NCBI GenBank assembly: GCA_024413465.1
Contig: JAKSVU010000002.1
Span: forward strand, 75,063-139,062
Source of the DNA: Alphaproteobacteria bacterium
GTDB lineage: Bacteria > Pseudomonadota > Alphaproteobacteria > CAAGCB01 > CAG-977
DNA length: 64,000 nucleotides
Reading direction: 5' to 3'
The notes under the pieces: model-generated
The model's input: the letters and a program-made list of their open reading frames with translations, nothing else
What the model was told of the DNA's origin: nothing
Databases searched by the model: none
Shown here: piece after piece, positions 58,356 to 64,000 of the stretch
Layout of the letters: each line of letters starts with the position of its first letter
Position numbering within the stretch: the first letter of the stretch is position 1
Program-made: the position numbers and the translations under genes

Positions 58356-59174
58356 ATGGTGCAGTTCATTGTTAATGCAGATGATTTTGGTGCATCAAAA
58401 GGAATAAATAAGGCAATTGAAACAGCTTTTAAAGGCGGATGTTTAAATTCGACATCTTTGATGGTAACAATGCGTTATGTTTCAGAGGCAGTATCAATCG
58501 CTAAGGAAAATCCAGAATTAAAAGTTGGATTACACTTAAATCTAACAAATGAATATAGTGCTTGTAAGGCTGAGAAAATACCATTGTTAGTTAATCAAGA
58601 TGGAAAATTTAAAAATGGTTTTTTAAATTTGTTTATTTTGTCTTTGCTTCATCCTATTCAGTTTAGAAAACAGATTTTAAAAGAAACAATTGCTCAGGTT
58701 CTTTTATATAAAAAAACAGGATTAGAGTTTGCTCATATAGATTCACATCGTCATGTCCATCATATTCCAGCTATTTTCAAGATTGTTCGTAAAGTGGCTA
58801 AAAAATATAATATTGATCGTATTCGAGTTGTAAATGAACGCGTTTTTCATACGTATAAATGTAATAAAGATAGATCATTTTTATTCGATGGTGGGTTAAT
58901 TAAGTGGGCTGTTTTAAAATCAATGTATGTTTGGAATCATTATTTCCCAAATGTTTATTTTTATACTATTTTGTATACGGGGAAAATTTATAAAAGTAGA
59001 TTTGAAAATTTTAAAATGCCAGCAGGTTTTGAGGCATTAGAAATAGGAATCCATCCAGGAATGCCAGAATTAGATAAAGATGATCACGTCTTTGATGAAG
59101 CATTTTTATTGCCAGCAAGAACAAAAGAATTTGAAACAGTTTCCACAAAAAATTTGTTGGACGATGTTTTATGA
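58356..59174 (+). CDS. YdjC-family carbohydrate deacetylase (NaxD/LgmC-like)
   Basis: N-terminal IVNADDFGASKGINKAI...TSLM is the YdjC/ChbG signature. Confidence 0.7.
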   Translation: MVQFIVNADDFGASKGINKAIETAFKGGCLNSTSLMVTMRYVSEAVSIAKENPELKVGLHLNLTNEYSACKAEKIPLLVNQDGKFKNGFLNLFILSLLHPIQFRKQILKETIAQVLLYKKTGLEFAHIDSHRHVHHIPAIFKIVRKVAKKYNIDRIRVVNERVFHTYKCNKDRSFLFDGGLIKWAVLKSMYVWNHYFPNVYFYTILYTGKIYKSRFENFKMPAGFEALEIGIHPGMPELDKDDHVFDEAFLLPARTKEFETVSTKNLLDDVL

Positions 59175-59617
59175 GTTTCATTTGGCGTTTATATAAAAAA
59201 GTTGAAGATTTTTGGTTTACCTTTCCTGAAAAATTAAGATATTTATTGGTGGGTGGATTTAATACTGTTTTTGCATATGGCGTTTATCTGTTTTTTTTAC
59301 AAATATGTCATTTTTCTTATAATAGTTCTTTGTTTTTACAAAATTTTATTAGCATCAACGTTTCTATCTTTACGATGAGATATTTTGTGTTTCAAAGTCA
59401 TGGTCGGTTTTGGGCTGAATTTTTTAAAGCTTGGCAAGTTTATATTTTGATGTTGTTGTTAAATTGTGTGTCATTAAATGTGTTAGTTCAATGGTTGCAT
59501 TTACATCCAGCATTGGCACAGGGATTATATATTTTCTTTGGAACAATTATATCCTTTTTATTGCATAAATATTATTCTTTTAAAAAAAGAAATGCAGAGA
59601 ATTTTTCTAAAAAATAA
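59171..59617 (+). CDS. GtrA-like small membrane protein (putative polyprenyl-P-sugar flippase component)
   Basis: 148 aa with 4 TM helices and the N-terminal LRYLLVGGFNTVFAYGVY GtrA pattern. It overlaps the upstream gene. Confidence 0.7.
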   Translation: MSFIWRLYKKVEDFWFTFPEKLRYLLVGGFNTVFAYGVYLFFLQICHFSYNSSLFLQNFISINVSIFTMRYFVFQSHGRFWAEFFKAWQVYILMLLLNCVSLNVLVQWLHLHPALAQGLYIFFGTIISFLLHKYYSFKKRNAENFSKK

Positions 59618-59687
59618 TTGAAAAAAAAGATTATTAAGCTTAAATTGTTATCTTAACAAAATAAAGAATTTTTTAGGAGTTTGGACT

Positions 59688-60602
59688 ATGTGTTGCTGTG
59701 CGTTATGTAAAAATAAGTGGTTCGCACCAGTTTTGTGCGTGGTATCAATTTGTGCATGGTATTTTGTGAAAACATATAATCATATTGATATTTTTAGTAT
59801 TATGAACGTTGATCCCGTTGAAATGACGGGAACTGCAAAAACACCATTTATTTTTTCTATGTGTCTGTTGTTTACAGTAAATTTCATTGCTGTTCTATTC
59901 TATCTTTTTTATAGGTTAGCAAAAAAATTTGAAGGATCTATTTTATGTGGTCCTATTTTAGCAGTTACTGTATTGGCTTATTTATGCTTGATGGGAGGTT
60001 TGTTTTATCCAACTTCTTGTTGGGATTTTATGACACGCGAAGGTGGTCCTGTTGATATAACAACCTATACCTCTTATGTGGTCTTTTTCATAACAATGGT
60101 AAAAGTGCGTCAAGATTATACAGCAACGAAACAGGATAAAGTTCATTGGTGTTTATTCTCATTTTTTGCTTTAATTTGTTTGTTGCGAGAAATGGGAGCT
60201 CAACATTGGTTGCCAAGTAAGGATTCAACTTCATTCAAGATTAAATTTTTTACAAATCCAATGAATCCAATACATGAGAAGATAATTGCTGGAATAATTG
60301 TTTTGATAGTTGTAGCGGCTTGTTTATATGCTGCATATAAGTGGGCTATTCCGCTGGTAAAAGGTTTTTTTGTAAGGCGTTGGGGAGCGTGGCTTGTCGG
60401 TACAATGATAGGATGTGGTTTGCTCTGTAAAGTTTGTGACAGAATGAATGGCTTTTTAAAATCGATCGGATATGTTTGGGAAAGAAGACATTTTACTTAT
60501 GGACTGAATGCTGTTTTTGAAGAAGGTCTTGAAATCATGCTGCCAATTTTGGCAACGGTTGCTTTATTGGCTCATCACAAGAATAAAGATGCTTTTTACT
60601 AG
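59688..60602 (+). CDS. integral membrane protein (unknown function)
   Basis: RBS AGGAG and ~8 TM helices. Confidence 0.45.
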   Translation: MCCCALCKNKWFAPVLCVVSICAWYFVKTYNHIDIFSIMNVDPVEMTGTAKTPFIFSMCLLFTVNFIAVLFYLFYRLAKKFEGSILCGPILAVTVLAYLCLMGGLFYPTSCWDFMTREGGPVDITTYTSYVVFFITMVKVRQDYTATKQDKVHWCLFSFFALICLLREMGAQHWLPSKDSTSFKIKFFTNPMNPIHEKIIAGIIVLIVVAACLYAAYKWAIPLVKGFFVRRWGAWLVGTMIGCGLLCKVCDRMNGFLKSIGYVWERRHFTYGLNAVFEEGLEIMLPILATVALLAHHKNKDAFY

Positions 60603-61522
60603 AACTCGTCTCCCCAAGATGATTTTTTAGCAGATTTATAATTTTCTTTATTTGATTTTGTAATAATTCGGTTTTCTGTACCGGAATTTGTACAAAGGGA
60701 TAGGGTAATTTTCCCAGAAGAAATTTGAGGGTGTCTCAAAATTCTGTTTTGTGGTAATTCTACCGGTGTTTTTGAAAAAGCTAAAAAGGTAAATTTTTCA
60801 TCTTCAAAAGGTGCAGAAGCATTTTTCAATGCTTTGTGTAATTTTGATCTTTCAACGCGAACTGCAAAATGACACCACTCTGTACACAAATTTGTACGTG
60901 GACAGGGTGCTATCATATAAGCTCCGTTATTAATTAATTCTTGTCTGATTTTTTGCATCATTTCTGATGTCTTAGGCATCGCATTATCAATTAAAATTAA
61001 AGTAGATTTTGAGATATTCCAAAGTTTTAATGCGCTTTCAACGGGATTTGAAAGCTCGTTTAAAACATAAGCTGAGACAACTAAATCTGCAGTTTGATTA
61101 AATGTATCAGTTAATATATTTTTAGATGACCAATCACAAAATGGTGCTAATTTTTTGCCAATATCCGATTGTGTTTTTTGAGTTTCAAAGCTTGTTATTT
61201 GTGCTTGTTCAAAGAACTGATGTATAGCAATAGAAGTAGCTCCAGTTCCTGCCCCAAAATCAAAAATAGTCTTAATTTCCGTATTGATTTTTGGAGTTAC
61301 TACTTGAAATGATTTATAACAAGCTGAATAGGTTGCAGGCATACGACATAACGCATAAGTTAAAGATTGTTCGATTGTTCTTAAATCTTTATTTTTATCA
61401 TGAATGTATTTATTAGATAGGTCTGAAGCAGTTTGTTTTAATCCCCTCAAACCAGATAAATTATTATCTGATTTAAGGGTATAATATAAATTTTCAAGAT
61501 CCTGTTGAAATGGATAAATCAT
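60599..61522 (-). CDS. Rsm22-like class I SAM-dependent methyltransferase with C-terminal Cys cluster
   Basis: IFDFGAGTGATS SAM motif and CP..C..WCHF. It overlaps the pyrG stop (operon). Confidence 0.6.
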   Translation of the reverse strand: MIYPFQQDLENLYYTLKSDNNLSGLRGLKQTASDLSNKYIHDKNKDLRTIEQSLTYALCRMPATYSACYKSFQVVTPKINTEIKTIFDFGAGTGATSIAIHQFFEQAQITSFETQKTQSDIGKKLAPFCDWSSKNILTDTFNQTADLVVSAYVLNELSNPVESALKLWNISKSTLILIDNAMPKTSEMMQKIRQELINNGAYMIAPCPRTNLCTEWCHFAVRVERSKLHKALKNASAPFEDEKFTFLAFSKTPVELPQNRILRHPQISSGKITLSLCTNSGTENRIITKSNKENYKSAKKSSWGDEF

Positions 61523-63159
61523 AACAAAGAGGATAATTGTAAAGCAGCTTGAATAAAGCCCTTGAAAATAGGATGTGCATTAAAAGCACGAGATTTAAAT
61601 TCTGGATGGAATTGAACTGCAATATAGAATGGATGATTTTTACATTCAATAATTTCTGGTAAAATACCATCAGGAGATTTACCTGAAATGATGAATCCTT
61701 TTTCTTCCAATTTTGATGCAATTTCCATATTCACTTCATAACGATGGCGATGACGTTCATAAATCATGCCGGCATTATTATAGAGTTTTGATGCTAGAGT
61801 TCCTGGTTGTAAACAACATGGATAAGCACCTAATCTCATAGTTCCACCAACATCTGTATTTTCAGTTCGGATTTGTTTTTGTCCGTCCTTTTCCCATTCT
61901 GTCATTAAAGCAACAACAGGAGTACAATTTTTTGTAAACTCTGTTGAATTTGCATTAGCAATCCCTAAGACGTGACGGCACGCTTCAATAACGGCAGTTT
62001 GCATACCTAAACAAATTCCAAAGAATGGAATGTTATGTTTACGTGCATAAGCTTCAGCGATAATTTTTCCTTCAATACCACGATTTCCAAAACCGCCAGG
62101 AACAAGAATACCATGAATATCTTTGAACGTATCATCAATTTGTTCTGCAGTTTTATGCTCTAAAGAATCAGCTTCTAACCAAGTAATGTGAACTTTAGTT
62201 TTCAAAGCAATTCCAGCATGGCAAATAGCTTCATTTAAAGATTTATAGGCTTCTAATAAGCTAGTATATTTCCCAACAACAGCGATGTTGACGTGATGTT
62301 CCCAATTGTTGATAACTGAAATGACATTTTCCCATCTTGATAAATCTGGTTTTGGTGCAGTATCCATTTTGAAATAGTGAAGGATGCGTTCATCAAGACC
62401 TTCTTCGTGATATTGTAATGGGATTTTGTAAATGCTATCCGCATCCAAAGCAATAATAACATCTTCTGGAGAAATGTTGCAGAATAAAGCAATTTTAGAG
62501 CGTTCACTTTCAGATAACATCATTTGTGAACGACATAACAAAATATTTGGTTGAATACCTGTTTCTTGAAGTTGTTTTACAGAGTGTTGAGTTGGTTTTG
62601 TTTTTAATTCACCAGCAGTTGGAATGTAAGGCAAAAGTGTCAAATGAAGAAATAAGCAATTTTCTTTTCCAATTTCATTTGCATATTGACGAATAGCTTC
62701 AAGAAATAATGTTCCTTCAATATCACCAACAGTTCCGCCTATTTCGTACAGAACAAAATCTTCATCGGTTAAGTCTGATTTGATAAAGTTTTTAATTTCG
62801 TCTGTGACATGTGGAATTGCTTGAACTGTAGCCCCCAAATATTCACCTTGACGTTCTTTTGTTAAAACGTTGTAATAAATTCTTCCACCAGAAATAGAGT
62901 CTGTTTTATGGCAAGGATTATCTATAAAGCGTTCATAATGTCCAAGGTCAAGATCTGTTTCAGCACCATCTTCTGTGACAAAGACTTCACCATGTTGATA
63001 TGGGGACATCGTGCCTGGATCAAGGTTTAAATATGGATCCATCTTACGCATACGAACTTTGTATCCTCTGGCTTGTAGCAAAGAACCTATAGCTGCAGAA
63101 GCCATACCTTTTCCAAGAGAAGAAACAACGCCACCTGTAATAAAAATGTATTTTGTCAT
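61519..63159 (-). CDS. pyrG: CTP synthase
   Basis: 546 aa with an N-terminal synthetase domain (GGVVSSLGKG), the GATase triad region and RBS AGGAG. Confidence 0.95.
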   Translation of the reverse strand: MTKYIFITGGVVSSLGKGMASAAIGSLLQARGYKVRMRKMDPYLNLDPGTMSPYQHGEVFVTEDGAETDLDLGHYERFIDNPCHKTDSISGGRIYYNVLTKERQGEYLGATVQAIPHVTDEIKNFIKSDLTDEDFVLYEIGGTVGDIEGTLFLEAIRQYANEIGKENCLFLHLTLLPYIPTAGELKTKPTQHSVKQLQETGIQPNILLCRSQMMLSESERSKIALFCNISPEDVIIALDADSIYKIPLQYHEEGLDERILHYFKMDTAPKPDLSRWENVISVINNWEHHVNIAVVGKYTSLLEAYKSLNEAICHAGIALKTKVHITWLEADSLEHKTAEQIDDTFKDIHGILVPGGFGNRGIEGKIIAEAYARKHNIPFFGICLGMQTAVIEACRHVLGIANANSTEFTKNCTPVVALMTEWEKDGQKQIRTENTDVGGTMRLGAYPCCLQPGTLASKLYNNAGMIYERHRHRYEVNMEIASKLEEKGFIISGKSPDGILPEIIECKNHPFYIAVQFHPEFKSRAFNAHPIFKGFIQAALQLSSLL

Positions 63160-63302
63160 TAATCCATACTCCTAAAATTTTCTCTTATCATATAAAAGGG
63201 AGGAAAAAAGTAAAGGAATAAGATAGAAAATTTTGATAAACTGATATAATCTTAATTTTTGAAAGAAATGTAAATTTTTCTAAAAGTAAATAAGGAGAAA
63301 AT

Positions 63303-63818
63303 ATGAAAATTGTTATTTTGAATGGAAGTCCAAGAAAAGATGGAAATACAGCCTTTATGGTTAAAAATTTTGTAGATGCAATAGATCAAAGTAAACACGA
63401 AGTTTCTATTGTAGAATGTGCTCACAAAAAAGTGTCAGGATGTTTAGCTTGCGAATATTGCCACACAAAAGGAAATGGAAAATGTATTCAACAAGATGAA
63501 ATGCAGGAAATAATTCCCTTGTTAGAAAATGCTGAAATGTTAGTTTTAGCATCACCTGTTTATTATTTGACAATGTCTGCTCAACTTCAAGCAGTCCTTC
63601 AAAGAACGTATTGTATGATGAAACCACCTAAATTGAAAAAGATGGCATTATTATTGAGTTCACATTCACCTGAAGTTTATGATGCTATTTTAGCACAATA
63701 TCATGCAATCGCAGGATTTTGGGGAGTTGAAGATTGTTTTTCAATAACAGCTTTTGAGGGAGAAAATAAATCTGAAAACTTAAAACAAAAAATAAAGAAT
63801 GTGGCTAGTCAAATTTAA
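63303..63818 (+). CDS. flavodoxin-fold NAD(P)H-dependent FMN reductase / iron-sulfur flavoprotein-like
   Basis: MKIVILNGSPRKDGNT motif and a Cys cluster (CLACEYCHTKGNGKC). Confidence 0.7.
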   Translation: MKIVILNGSPRKDGNTAFMVKNFVDAIDQSKHEVSIVECAHKKVSGCLACEYCHTKGNGKCIQQDEMQEIIPLLENAEMLVLASPVYYLTMSAQLQAVLQRTYCMMKPPKLKKMALLLSSHSPEVYDAILAQYHAIAGFWGVEDCFSITAFEGENKSENLKQKIKNVASQI

Positions 63819-63821
63819 TGA

Positions 63822-63853
63822 AAAAAGGCTTCAAATATTGAAGCCTTTTTTAT
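63822..63853 (+). terminator. Rho-independent terminator
   Basis: aaaaggcttcaa atat tgaagcctttttt. Confidence 0.6.
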
Positions 63854-63935
63854 TAGGGATTTAGTTGTAAAAAGTAAATCTTTTTTAAGAATTTGGGTTT
63901 TATAATCAATAAAAGCTTTATGAAAGGTGTTTCTT

Positions 63936-64000
63936 ATGAAAAAGTTATTAGCTTTGTGTTTGGTTTGTATGTTGTCAGGTTGTTATATACCTAGAAATTC
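63936..64000 (+). CDS. lipoprotein, N-terminal fragment (3' partial)
   Basis: MKKLLALCLVCMLSGC lipobox, running to the window edge. Confidence 0.4.
   Translation, partial: MKKLLALCLVCMLSGCYIPRN

Overview
This ~64 kb window of low-GC DNA (roughly 35-38% by eye) carries an alphaproteobacterial, Rhizobiales-type chromosomal backbone; the gene order pcm-tolC-popZ-valS and xseB-ispA-dxs is Brucella/Bartonella-like, but I cannot name the organism. Most of the window is densely packed core housekeeping genes with Rho-independent terminators. These include xseB-ispA-dxs, recA, tRNA-Asn/tRNA-Cys, hupB, pcm-like/tolC/popZ-like/valS, a P-type cation ATPase, htpX, rlmN, add, a guanine-deaminase-like gene, an msbA-like gene, pgpA, sfsA, map, radC, nadE-gltX-cysS, pmbA-marR, a GAF-HD-GYP gene, rsmE and pyrG. 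Several accessory or unusual features stand out against this backbone. (1) At the 5' end there is an operon whose first gene encodes an N-terminally truncated VgrG/gp5-like spike protein that ends in hydrophobic helices. It is followed by a small membrane protein and an unknown 417-aa protein, and no other secretion or tail genes are in the window. (2) A 64-aa stand-alone NrdD C-terminal glycyl-radical-like mini-protein is preceded by two NrdR-box-like palindromes. (3) A ~2070-aa classical autotransporter has a striking Tyr/Lys-rich segment before its beta-barrel. (4) An AT-rich sulfatase/LTA-synthase-like gene sits next to a GT2 and an MsbA-like exporter. (5) Two tandem paralogous genes encode proteins with an HExxHxxQD zincin-like motif (DUF4157-like, a domain reported on polymorphic and eCIS toxins). 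Next to them lie DUF4177, two unknown small genes, a second MsbA-like ABC gene and an orphan DUF4143 ATPase. (6) A 107-bp unit is tandemly repeated about four times, each unit with an internal hairpin. (7) A four-gene lipid A hexosamine-modification-like locus (ArnT-like, ArnC-like GT2, YdjC/NaxD-like deacetylase, GtrA-like) resembles Bordetella LgmABCD and Francisella FlmF/NaxD/FlmK. No CRISPR, IS element, integrase or rRNA was recognised. All calls are from motif reading without database searches.
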